From Macrostomum lignano (taxonomy: Eukaryota), in contig NIVC01003258.1 in the NCBI GenBank assembly GCA_002269645.1, forward strand, positions 1 to 64,000: DNA of 64,000 nucleotides, given 5' to 3'. How positions within the stretch are numbered: position 1 is the first letter of the stretch; each line of letters begins with the position of its first letter. Below, piece by piece: positions 13,904 to 25,772 of the stretch. Below the pieces are notes generated by a model. That model ran no database searches and was not told the origin of the DNA. It saw nothing but the letters and a program-made list of their open reading frames with translations. Position numbers and translations under genes: made by a program.

Positions 13904-15847
13904 ATGAAAGTCAAAGTATCACCTGCTACTGCGATCCAACATTGCCTGGAGGAAGATACGAGTACCAAAAATGAGCCAGGTCAGTTTGACATCAAAGAGT
14001 TTCTACCAGGTCACCGACAATGGCTTGCATTTATAAAGTGCATCGCGACCGACAATGTTGACGACTTGAAAGCGGCTTCGAAGAAATTGAATTGGAAAGA
14101 GTTTCTGAAGAGCTCCGACATTACTGGCGCCTGGTCGGATTGCGATCCCAACTTTTTGCACACGTCATCGATCGGTAACTCAAAGCACCCGTTTCCGACC
14201 AATCCGTTTTTTATTGCCATCTTCTACAACGCTCAGCAGTGTCTCCGGTTCATGAACGAGTCTGGCGTTGACTTTTCTGAGATTAACGACAACGGCTTCA
14301 CGGCGTATCACGTGCTGATGAGCGCAATTCGCTTCATGACTGACGAGAGCGCCGATTCCGCCTCAGGCTCGGGTATGACTGAAGAGTGCAAGAGTCTGTT
14401 AGATCTGTTTCACAGGACCCTGTTCACGACAGAGCAACAACAGCGAATGATTCAGACCCTGTGTAGGTTCGGAATGGATCCGATGAGCTGGGGCGTGTTC
14501 CTAGGCCTGGCGAATTACGTTGAGTACGTTATCATTTACCTTGCTCCAAGCCCGCAAGTGCTCTCGGAACCATTAGGGCTGAGTGAGCAAATTACTTACG
14601 ATGCTTACATCACCGGAGGCAGTCCTCAGTTCATGACGGGCCCGATCAACGTGCTTCTAGACTTGTACAGCCGCAGCGATTTGGCTGAACTAAAAAAGCT
14701 GGGCATCTTCCGCTACGGTAGGCTTTGGCGTCGATGGGCTGAGCTGCTGTTCCATCGTAACCAGGTAGTGTTCGGTGTGTATCTATGCATTTCACTGTTC
14801 ATGACCTTCGCCACGCTGATGTTCTCCGGACCGGATCTCAATGACTACCTGCGAAGTCGGTGCGGCGGAAGCGATGCGGCGATGCCAACTGGTTTCAAGT
14901 TCATTCTATTCATCTGGATATTTGTAAATCTTTACGGAGTAGCGCACGCCAGTTTCTGGTATTTGCGGAAGGAGACCTATCGGTGAGTTACAATTGAGCC
15001 GCAATGTGACAATTTATATTAAAACCTTGCAATGAATGCAATGATCGGTTCATTTTTTTGCAGACGAAAGGTTGGCTACCCACAACGTCCGAGAAAGAAC
15101 GTGATGGAAATAGTCAGCTGGATGACGCCCTGTATGATGTCATTTATTGTCGCCGCGTTGCTTCTGTGGCTCTATATGGATGCAGGGCGGAACTGTTTGC
15201 TGCTTGGCGAATTTATCTACCCAGTGTGTGGCTGCTGCGTCATGCTGCTCATGCTAGCCAGTGTCTCTAACATCATCTGCTATGCCAGACTCATTCTGCC
15301 AATAACAACACTTATGAGCAGTTTCTATACGTGCATCTCCAGTTCAATAGTATTCATTTTCTTCTATCTTATGATGACTTGTTTCTACACCCGGATGTTC
15401 CAGTCGAGTTTTACTTTTTCACGAATCGGTAATTCGTCAGATACTCGAATGGATACTGCAGACGAATTTTTCAAAGCTTTTTACAACACGTTTCTAATAT
15501 CGTTGAGCATAGTGGACTCGGATATTTTTGTACCCGGAATCGACCGCATTGACCTCAATGTTACGCACGTATTCTATGTTCTATTTGTCCCCGTTCTATT
15601 CATTAACTTTGTTATTAGCATTCTGACTTCGATTGTAGCTTACGTTTACGACCACTGCGTTGAAGATCGCTACCTGCTGATGCTGTCGGTAGGTGAGTTT
15701 TCCGAGACCGGCACCTACTATATTCATAACCTAATTGCTAAATTCCGAGGAAGCCGGCAGGCCAAGATTAACATCTGCCAGCCAATTTGCAAGAAGAGTC
15801 GTCTATTGGCGCTCAGTTTGGATTCTATCGCTTCGGTTTTGAAGTAA
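13904..15847 (+). CDS. TRPV-like (TRPV5/6-type) cation channel copy 3, join(13904..14982,15064..15847)
   Basis: Same architecture as copy 2. An 81-nt phase-2 intron (GTGAGT...TTTGCAG) gives ETYR-RKVGYP; pore FYNTFLISLSIVD; S6 LFINFVISILTSIV. Confidence 0.8.
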
Positions 15848-16734
15848 TTGAGACGACAAATTTGTTTCTTTTGTTTCTCTCTATACGAGCGTTAGTTTCA
15901 CTGTGATGGCGAAAAACGATACTGATAATGAACTTATTGGCACACTATATAATACATGACATGCCATGCATGGCTATGACATGCATCGAATTTCTGCTAA
16001 CACCTCCTGCTTAATTTAAACCTATTTTTTAAGTCTGTTCGATTTTGTTTTACTGCGTGATAATTGTAGTTTGTTTTTCTAGTCAGACGTCAAACTGGAC
16101 GCTCTGTACTGAGTCTTACTTAGTAGCTGCAACATGTTAATTATTGCACATATTCTTTGACATACTCGCACATGCAAGTTTCATAGTTTAGTTTATTTAG
16201 TTATAGAAGTTTAATTCGTAAAATTCGTTAAGTCTAATTCGTTTTATCGGTTCTTTCTCACAAAAATCTGCGTAAAAAATCAGATTTTTCATCGAAGTTT
16301 TGCTATACACATGCAACTATAATTTTTACCTCTACACCCCCTGTTACTATAAAAGCAAGCTCCGAGTGGTAAAATTTTCAAAAGTGAAAATTTCCTGCTG
16401 TTGAATCAACAGCGCTGTTTAAACACCGAAAATCGGCTGGTTGAGCAAACAAATTCCTACCAAGTTGAATAAAAGCACTGCTTTTCCACCCCCTCTTTTT
16501 ACACTGGTTTTTGACAGATAATTTTTTTTAAGAACTAATATTAGCTCTCGCTGTAAGTTTTGCTCCTTTCTCATTTTTCATGGAATTCGCGTCGAATGCG
16601 AAGTAAAATGCAAATTTGTGCACAGAAACGTTTTTGCAGCGATTAAATTGTAGCTTGGGGCATATGCGGAACTTTAATTCGAGGAATTTTAATTGGCACG
16701 TATGGGCGCCAATATTTGGTGTTTTCGTGGGCAC

Positions 16735-17838
16735 GGCGTCCCTGTCTCTTGGTGGGCGCCTCTGTCTCTTGGTGAGCGCCTCTGTCTATTGGTGGGCGCC
16801 CCTGTCTCTTCTTGGTGGGCGCCCCTGTCTCGGTGGGCGCCCCTGTCTCGGTGGGCGTCCCTGTCTTGGTGGGCGCCCCTGTCTCTTGGTGGGCGCCCCT
16901 GTCTCTTGGTGGGCGACCCTGTCTCTTGGTGGGCGCCCCTGTCTCTTGGTGGGCGTCCCTGTCTTGGTGGGCGCCCCTGTCTCTTGGTGGGCGCCCCTGT
17001 CTCTTGGTGGGCGCCCCTGTCTCTTGGTGGGAGCCCCTGTCTCTTGGTAGGCGCCCCTGTCTCTTGGTGGGAGCCCCTGTCTCTTGGTGGGCGCCCCTGT
17101 CTCTTGGTGGGCGCCCCTGTCTCTTGGTGGGCGCCCCTGTCTCTTGGTGGGCGCCCCTGTCTCTTGGTGGGCGCCCCTGTCTCTTGGTGGGAGCCCCTGT
17201 CTCTTGGTGGGCGCCCCTGTCTCTTGGTGGGCGCCCCTGTCTCTTGGTAGGCGCTGTCTCTTGTTGGGCGCCCCTGTCTCTTGGTGGGCGCCCCTGTCTC
17301 TTGGTGGGCGCCCCTGTCTCTTGGTGGGCGCCCCTGTCTCTTGGTGGGCGCCCCTGTCTCTTGGTGGGAGCCCCTGTCTCTTGGTGGGCGCCCCTGTCTC
17401 TTGGTGGGCGCCCCTGTCTCTTGGTGGGCGCCCCTGTCTCTTGGTGGGCGCCCCTGTCTCTTGGTGGGCGCCCCTGTCTCTTGTTGGGCGCCCCTGTCTC
17501 TTGGTGGGCGCCCCTGTCTCTTGGTGGGCGCCCCTGTCTCTTGGTGGGCGCCCCTGTCTCTTGGTGGGCGCCCCTGTCTCTTGGTGGGCGCCCCTGTCTC
17601 TTGGTGGGAGCCCCTGTCTCTTGGTAGGCGCTGTCTCTTGTTGGGCGCCCCTGTCTCTTGGTGGGCGCCCCTGTCTCTTGGTGGGCGCCCCTGTCTCTTG
17701 GTGGGCGCCCCTGTCTCTTGGTGGGCGTCCCTGTCTCTTGGTGGGCGCCCCTGTCTCTTGGTGGGCGTCCCTGTCTCTTGGTGGGCGCCCCTGTCTCTTG
17801 GTGGGCGTCCCTGTCTCTTGGTGGGCGCCCCTGTCTCG
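16735..17838. repeat. Minisatellite, 20-bp unit GGTGGGCGCCCCTGTCTCTT, about 55 copies
   Basis: Direct inspection; highly homogeneous units. Confidence 0.95.
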
Positions 17839-18124
17839 CTGAATAGGTGGCAAAATTTAGGATTCTGACATTCTTCAAAGTCATGGCCGGTTAACTCTTT
17901 CAAATATTTTCTGGAGGAGCGCAACTTATTTGGAGACCATTAATTGGAGGTAAGGGGTGCATGCGATCCCCTGAAACATTTCTGCTTACACCATTTATGG
18001 AAGCAAAGAAACGTTTGCTGAAGAGGAAAAATTACAGAGTTAATATTTACTAGGCTTATATACATGCAATACTAATACGACTTCTAATATAACAGATTGC
18101 ATGCAACTGCTCTAATGGGCAGAT

Positions 18125-18330
18125 GTTCATCTGAAGGCTGCGTACGGCTGTTCAGTCCAAGGACTGGGAGCTCGCCACACAGTCTCCTTACCCCAGCTAA
18201 TGCAGAGTTGCAGAGTTAAGACTCTTGCTCAAGGACATAAATTGTTCCAAGTTGGTCGAGAATCGAACCCCCCGATTATTTAATTAGTCGTTAGCCCGAC
18301 GCTCTCGTAACCCCTAGGCTACAAAACCCC
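18125..18330 (-). mobile_element. tRNA-derived SINE
   Basis: Minus strand reads GTAGCCTAGGGGTT (A box) ... GGTTCGATTCT (B box) ... TGTCCTTGAGCAAG. Its 3' segment CTGAAGGCTGCGTACGGCTGTTCAGT (+ strand 18131) recurs identically at ~34994. Confidence 0.65.
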
Positions 18331-18670
18331 TTGATTGTAGCTATAGTTTTAACGTTAACAAAACCTCCTGTTAATCAAATATTTTATTATCATGATAGGA
18401 TTGCGTTTGACAACAGAAATGCATAAAATAATCTGTGGTTTGCGCAGCTCTGTCACGACTGTTAGATCTACAAGGAGCTAGTAGTACAAATTTGCTTGAG
18501 TAGCAGAACAGAGGTAACTCAGAGGCGTCTTTTGACTTAAATTACTTTTGTTGCATAAAAAACTGCAAAATGGATCGAAGAAGACAATTCTAGAGTGATT
18601 CTTAGCTTTTGAAGTTGTAAAAGCAAAAAGAGGTTTATAGGTTGGTTCGTCAGTTTTGCAGGAAAAAAAT

Positions 18671-19692
18671 TCAGGTCCTATAATCGGGTTGCGGCAGTTT
18701 GCAGCTTCTTGGATGCGGACGGTTCGCGATTGGCAGCTCCCCCGCACCGGCTGCGGCCGGTGGCTCCGCGGGTGCTGGAGCGGCCGTCGGGTCGCCTTCT
18801 GAACCGCCGGTCTCGTCTGGTCCGTCTCCTGTTGCTGCCGCTTGTGCTCTCCAGGATGACAGAGTCGCCTTTGACCTCCGTAATCGTCCAGGGCTGAATT
18901 TCAAATGGCGTGTCCGTTTTCGATGGCTGGATTTTTCTGCGGAGGACTTTATCGCCAGCTTGGATGCGATGCTCTGCGGCGGATCTTGTCGGTCGGCGTA
19001 GTGCTTCATGGCGGCCTTGTACTGACGGTCTCTGTTCCTGACCGTCTTTGCTGAAGCCTGCGGCTTGACTCCTGGAATGCAGTCTTGGACTGGTCTCCCG
19101 AACATCAGGTCGGCTGGGGCGACTCCTGTGGCCGTGTGCGGAGTGCTGCGGTACGCGGCGAGCCACTCCTGCAATGCCGTCCTCCAGTCGGTTCCTTGGG
19201 CGTTGGAGATGTGGAGAGCAGCTTGTTCAGGGACCTGTTCATTCGCTCGGTAATGCCATTTGCCTCAGGATGGTACGGTGTGATGCGCCGGTTGGTGATT
19301 CCGTGGATTGTGACGAAACTCCTGAAGGCTTCTGATGTGAATGTCGGACCGTTTTCCGTCACGATCCGCTGGGGAATCCCGAAGGTCGGGAAGACCTGCT
19401 GTAACTGTCAGGTGGCGCGGTTAGCTGTGATCGACTTCATCGCCACGACTATGAGGTAGCGCGAGTTGTGGTCTACGATCATCAGGAAATGCCGGCCTTT
19501 GGCAGGTCCAAGAGAGTCGATGCCGATGGTGGACCAGGCAGACTCCGGCAGCTCAGTCGGTTGCAGTGGGGGCTGCCGGAACTTCCGCTTGATGTTTGGT
19601 GGCCGCACATTCCAGGCAATTTGCTACCAGTTGCTTGGCCTCAGCTGACATTCCTGGCCACCAGACCTTGGAATTGAGTCGGCGCAGTGTTT
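18671..19692 (-). mobile_element. Frameshifted Ty3/Gypsy LTR-retrotransposon integrase relic
   Basis: Successive frames give the zinc-binding region (SKVWWPGM...CLEC), the core (WSTIGIDSLGP, IVDHNSRY, TENGPTF, TPYHPEANGITERMNRSL), AYRSTPHTATGVAPADLMFGRP and a GDKVL C-terminal part. At least four frame changes; no LTR or RT seen. Confidence 0.85.
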
Positions 19693-20063
19693 TGGTCTCG
19701 CAATACCGTAAAAATTCTGGCGCGCTTTCAAATACTTTATCTTTTACAATAACGAGTTCGTCAAATCGTCGTCAAATCGTCTTTATAAACTTCTATTTCG
19801 AAAATTTTTCCAAATACATAGCTCTATAATATATTGGCCAAACAGGCTAATTGCCTGAGCCAAATTCTTACTAAATTCTTACTACTACTAACTTCAGAAT
19901 ATCGTATATTTACACGCATACAATTATCGCCAAATATTATGAGCAATCCTTTTACTCGATATTTTTTCGTAAAAACCGCAAAAAATCCTATTCGCTCTTT
20001 CAAATATTATATTTTATACAAGTTTGTTATCACCTGATTAATATCTATATAACTTATTTTTAT

Positions 20064-21317
20064 CAGTGTTGCATTGGGCACTTCCGTTACCGAGTAACTT
20101 GTAAATGGTAACGCAAGTTACTTTTTCGTAAAGCGTTCCTTACGCAAGTTACTTTCCTATTTTGGTAACGGAGTAACGGTAAGTTACTCAAATTTCGGAA
20201 GTCCGTTACAGTTACTTTGCAACAATCGCAATATTTAAATTTAAAACTGATATGCTTAGCTATTACGCCAGTTGTCACATTTTTAGCATTTTTCATTCCT
20301 AAATTCAAAACTAAGTGAATAATATCATACGGTTACGCTGTAATTAATAAAGAAATACTTGAAACATGTTTTTACTTTGTTATTTTCGGTAAAATATTTT
20401 TGCTTTTCGTTTTTAAGTTAATAAAAATATTTTGTTTAGTTCTTAGAAACAAACAACCAAAGAAAGAAATTCATCTGTAGTCTCCACAAATCCACTCAGT
20501 GATCGACGTAGCCAGGAATTTTAATTGGGGGGGGGGCGGGTTGGCCTGGCTGGCCATGCCTCATGCCATTGCCACTTTTAGCGCCGCAGGCACTCATTTT
20601 AGCGCCGCAAGCACTCATTTAAGCGCCGCAGGCACTCATTTAAGCGCCGCAGGCACTCAATCGCCTCATGGTTTTTGGTACCCGCCACGCCCAACCCCAT
20701 CCCAGCTAGGTGGGGTGTCTTGCAGGTGGGGTGAAGTTGCCGCCCCAACGATTGTTAAGGCGGCCTCCCTGGCTACACCACTAAAGTCCACTGGCACTGC
20801 ACTGCACAATAATTTAATATTAGTGATAATAATTGAAAATAAATAAAAAGACTAGTAAAGCAGACCGTAGAGTGGAGTAAAGCCAGGTACTTATTACGAG
20901 CGATGTATTATCAAGGACAACTGAAGTTACGTTAAGTTGTCCTTGTGTATTATAACTTATAATGTTATTAAAAATTAAATTGCGTTTTGCCTTTAACGTT
21001 TCTGACCTTCAGCTTCTCTTCTTTTTACGCAAAGGGCCTAAAGTGATTAAAATTTAATACAGTTACTGAAATTGATGTTGTTGTATTCTTCCTCCTGGCT
21101 TTCGCGATCATTTGTGCTGTTCCATCACATTTGCAATGTTAAAAAAGCAGAAAATTTTGTTAATAACATAGGTAACGGAAGTAAGTAACGGAAGTAACTT
21201 AAAAGTTACCGGGTTTTTGTTCAAAGTTACTAGGCTAACGTAAGTTACTTTTTAAAAAGTGGTAACTTAAGTTACAGTTAACGCAAGTTACTTTTTTGAG
21301 TAACTTGCCCAACACTG
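20064..21317. mobile_element. Non-autonomous hAT-type element (MITE)
   Basis: Termini CAGTGTTG...CAACACTG; exact 8-bp TSD ATTTTTAT at 20056-20063 and 21318-21325; clustered subterminal GTAAC/GTTAC motifs at both ends. Confidence 0.85.
20497..20783. mobile_element. Small hAT-like MITE nested in the 20064-21317 element
   Basis: Imperfect TIRs CAGTG..CGTAGCCAGG / CCTGGCTACACCACT; near-TSD AAATCCAC vs AAGTCCAC; internal ~21-bp tandem (AGCGCCGCAGGCACTCATTT). Confidence 0.55.
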
Positions 21318-21600
21318 ATTTTTATAACCTATGGGCTAAACTGTTTTGCGCAATATCGCCAACTACACACATAAATTTCACGCAATACTTTTTAACTCCC
21401 TGCTTTTTCTTTCACCTCGTTAGTCGTCCAAAGTTTCGTCAACAAAATCTACGCGTTATTTCAAATACCATATTGCCAAACTCGTACTTTGTAATCGTAG
21501 TAGTAAATAAGTAATGCTAAAATATTGCTTTCTGTTCCTGAAATAATCTTAAAATACACAGATATATTTTGGCCAAACAGGCTTCTTGCCTGAGCCAACT

Positions 21601-21632
<32 letters not shown>

Positions 21633-24600
21633 ACTGAAAAACTGGTCATGGGTCAATGGGTCATGGCATGGTCTAGCTAACTTACTTATGCTCGTACTTA
21701 ACTTGACCACGCACGGTGATGTCATGGCATGCGATAGACAAAGACAATAGGTGCCTATCATTGACATTATGCTGCACTAGCCTGCGCCAGCGCTTTCTCG
21801 GAACTTATCATCACATTGGGCCTAATCCTGTTTCTGTTTTAACAATTTTGACAAATTAATTATCTTGAAGTCTTGATTTCTTGCTTTAAAACTCAAACTC
21901 AAGAGCTAAATCTTAATTTGAAAATTACTCACCCAAATTCTTAGATCTTGTAAATTAAACCAATAGGCCCCCTAACTGTACTTCAGTGAATTTTTTCTAG
22001 CTTTTTCAACTTCAACCTATATCTATATATTGCAGGTGTCAGCAACCTTTTTCCACTTGAGGGCCAGATGCAGGGTTTATAGGCCTATGTATATCTAGTT
22101 TTTATTTGATTGGGTTAATAACAACTATAAATTATTTATCATGGGAAATGCTAATTACAATGATGACAAAAATTGAATTTTTGAATTAAATTGAATTAAA
22201 AATTGAATAAAAATAATAAATTGTAGGCCTGAGATAGAATGTCATTATAAATACAGAGCCAATATAATAAGCTATTTTTTTTAATTCTTAACCAAAATTT
22301 TATAAAGCCTATATTTAACAATTTCTTTGCATTTTATTGTCTTTTCTTTTTAGCAAGGTAGCTTTATTTTATGCAATTAAAAAACAATTTATAATATGCT
22401 AAAGTATATCTGACTACAATTTAAAGAAGTGAATGAAACTTTTTATCTATAGAGTATAGGTAAAAAATAGCATAAAGTATTTTTCTTTAATTCCTTAATA
22501 TATCTTAGACATATGCTAACTTGTAAGTATTATCTAAAGAGATTTTGTCTATATTAGGCCTTAGACATTTATACCAATGGACAAAAATAATTTTGGCATA
22601 AAAACTGTAAAGGTAAAATTAAATAGTCCACATTATAATTGATGTTTCTGAAGTAGTTATTGGCAATCATAGTTAAATATTATAAATTTTCCATTTCAAG
22701 GTATGTCTATGTCTAGTTCTTGGCTAAAGAATGCTTAAAAAGGACCCAAAAAAAGCCATTTATTAGTGAGCAATTTAGTATACTTTTTTGAGTATATATG
22801 TAATGACCTTCATTTATTCTGGAAAATTCCATTTACTATAATGATTGAACATTCTAGAAATCATAAATCCAAATGTATGTAACAATCTTTCTAGAAATTT
22901 CTCTTTGCTTAATGATATTCTAATTTCAACCATTTACTAATGGTTAATAATTAGTTTATTTTATTTAAATGGCATCAGAAAAAAATATCTTCAATTTGAA
23001 TGCAATTACAATTTGTTATACTGTGAGAAATATTTCTAGAACTTTCTGGAAAACCAAATCATATCTATAAATTTAGAGTCTCAACTGTCTTGTATTAAGC
23101 AACTCTCTTAGTAAAAGCCAACAAAATCTTTCGTACTGCACCATGTGTGCTAAATAGTGTCATAGTAAAAGATTGTTGCTATGATATGGGTAAATACAAA
23201 AATGGTTTGCCAGTTACATACACTTTAGATATACTATTACTAGCATCAAAATACAATACTTGCATCTTGTGCATGCTATCAAGGATCATTCTGAGTTGAC
23301 CTTTAGAGAGCATAGTGAGCTCAAAAAGATCTTGGCATTCTTTCATCTTACAATGCCCAAAATTGTATCTGTTTTGTCTTACGATACCCATGTTAAATAA
23401 GCAAGAAGGCTTTAAAAATTTATACTTTACGACGGAAGAGTGCAGTGTTTCAGAGGTCTTAAATTGAGTCACACAGTTGATTTGTACTTCTGACTTTATT
23501 TCCACGCAAATGTCACGACTCATGCGCTTTAACATTGTGTCCACCCTCATTAGCAACTAAAGCTATCGAGCCATTATAATCCATTTCGTTTTATAATGCC
23601 TTATGAATAATTACAACGTCTGGGGCATTGCAAAACAAATCGGATATTATAGGCCTGGTGGGCGATTATAAGAATGATCCTGGTGAGCGCTTCGTAGCCA
23701 TGGCTGAAGAAGCGGTAAACCAATTTAAGGACCCAAAGTAACCCCCCCCCCCTCACTTTCGTCTTACGATGCCCAATGTATAATTCTAACACTTGTGGCA
23801 TCGTAAAATGAAATGGAATATATAGCTTGACTTTCATTAATGAACAACAATCTGTCAAGTATACAAAATACAAAATACGTGTATAGCCATAAAATGAAAA
23901 TTATACAGAAACTACACCATCACGCTTACACCATATGCTTTCTATGGGCATTGTAAAACGAATGGAGGCCATCCCATTGAAATGCATAGCAGGCATCGTA
24001 AGACAAAAGAATGCACTATAATGGTTTGAATATTCTGTTAAAAGTTTTCCAAACTGGCACAGTGGATCCTTATTTCTCTGAATTGTATTACTGATTATTG
24101 AATGTAGTCAGCTAGCAATCAGATTCATCTTTATGCTTTTTATTTTGACTTGCTTAAAGTTCTTTGCTTTTAGCAGACACTTGTCCACTTTAATGAGATT
24201 GTCAAAAAAGACCTTCTTGCTATTTTTTAGAATTTTAGTGGTTATTGTTAAGCTATAGTTTGACTATCATTTTATTGGTTTGCTGATAAAATTCCAGCAA
24301 CAGAGCATTGTGTTTATCACCTGCTTTATAGATATAGACCATGTGTTCTATAGATAGGTGAGTCAGCAGATATCTTTTAAAAACTATTGTTTCAAAAGTT
24401 TTATACCTTGGGTGCAGACAGTGCATAACCTGTTTTATTTATAGTGAAGCATTGTAGGAAACATATTATATATATATACATGTTATGTATGTAGATAATA
24501 TCTCTTGTCAAAAATGATTGAACATATTGTGTGCTTCTCTAGTTTAGTTTGAAGAAAGTGCCTCCATTGGGTGGCCAATGGTTCTAAGAATGTCTGCATT

Positions 24601-25772
24601 TTAAGTGCATCTTTCAAAATGCTAGACCAAAAATAGCAACATATAATTTAAATGTTACACAAGTGCTTTTATTCACTATGCAAGGCTTCATAAGAAACAG
24701 ATGTGTGACAATATTTGATAGTGCAGTCTTAAATTGTCACTTATAAGTAAGGCTATTGCTGCCTATACAGCTATCTAGGCTATCACTGCCAGCCTCAAAG
24801 ACTTCTTTGTGGCTATATATATATATATATGTATATAGCTCCCAGATTCATTCTTAGAGGCATTGAGATACAATTAGATGCATTTTTTTGCATGTTAGGT
24901 CTACTTGGTCTTAATGCATAACATATATAATAACAATAGCTAGAACTGCTTTGCCAATTGTGTATATGACATACAACTACAAACTACAAGCATGCTCCAG
25001 TACTTGATCCTTGAGCATTAAGCATCTCAATGATTTGCTTAGCAATTAGAGCATCATCTTAGCAGCATCATTAAGCTAAGTAACAATTTTCAAAAGTCCA
25101 CTAAAATTCAACAATGAGTAATATTGCAGAAATATAAGCTTTTCAAAAACTCTATAAACTCTAAAAAACTGCCGTTTCTACCATTAAAGATAAAAAAGTT
25201 TTGTAACATCTACTATTTTTACTTTAACTAGTTTTCTTAAGTTATGTGTCTTTTTTGAGGCCAGTAAGATTTATCAAATGGAATAAAAATGCTAAAAATA
25301 CTTAAAAAATCTTATTAGAGTCTTTTATATTTAAAAGTTGCCTTGTAATCATATAAATAAAAAGACTATCATGTAAAAATCAATATTTGGGTATTCCAAT
25401 TTAGGATCCTAAATGATTATTTATTCTGTAAAAATTTTTATTCCAAAAATCTTACTTTTTGTAACTTAAATAAGATTATTTTTTAAATCAATACAATTTG
25501 AAATGATTAGGCCTAATTTGATTAGATTTTTTGCATGTTGTCTTGGCTTAAGTACTTATTAGTATATCATTCATAGAATCTAATAAAACCAGAAATAATC
25601 TAGAATTATATAGAAATCAGTTTCTTAATTTATTATTTTAAATCATCAAATAAGTAGTTATAAATTGACTAATCATAGCACTGATTTGTTAAGAAAGTGT
25701 CTTGTTAAACCCATATTTTATGCCTTGATCTGCTGCATATATGCTTATCTGCTACACCTCAATGTGGCAATC

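Noticed and set aside
16735-17838. CRISPR-like appearance of regular repeats (also 27585-28755, 36648-36968, 57478-57962)
   Set aside because: Units are head-to-tail with no unique spacers, there are no cas genes, and the context is eukaryotic.
16616-17924. ORFs up to 413 aa on both strands
   Set aside because: Stop-free 20-bp minisatellite; periodic peptides without splice signals or domains.
22030-24010. hAT-like start (CAGGTGTCAGCAACCTTTT at ~22035) and inverted TTTTGTCTTACGAT motifs at ~23373 and ~23995
   Set aside because: Probably old DNA-transposon debris, but I could not pair termini with a TSD.
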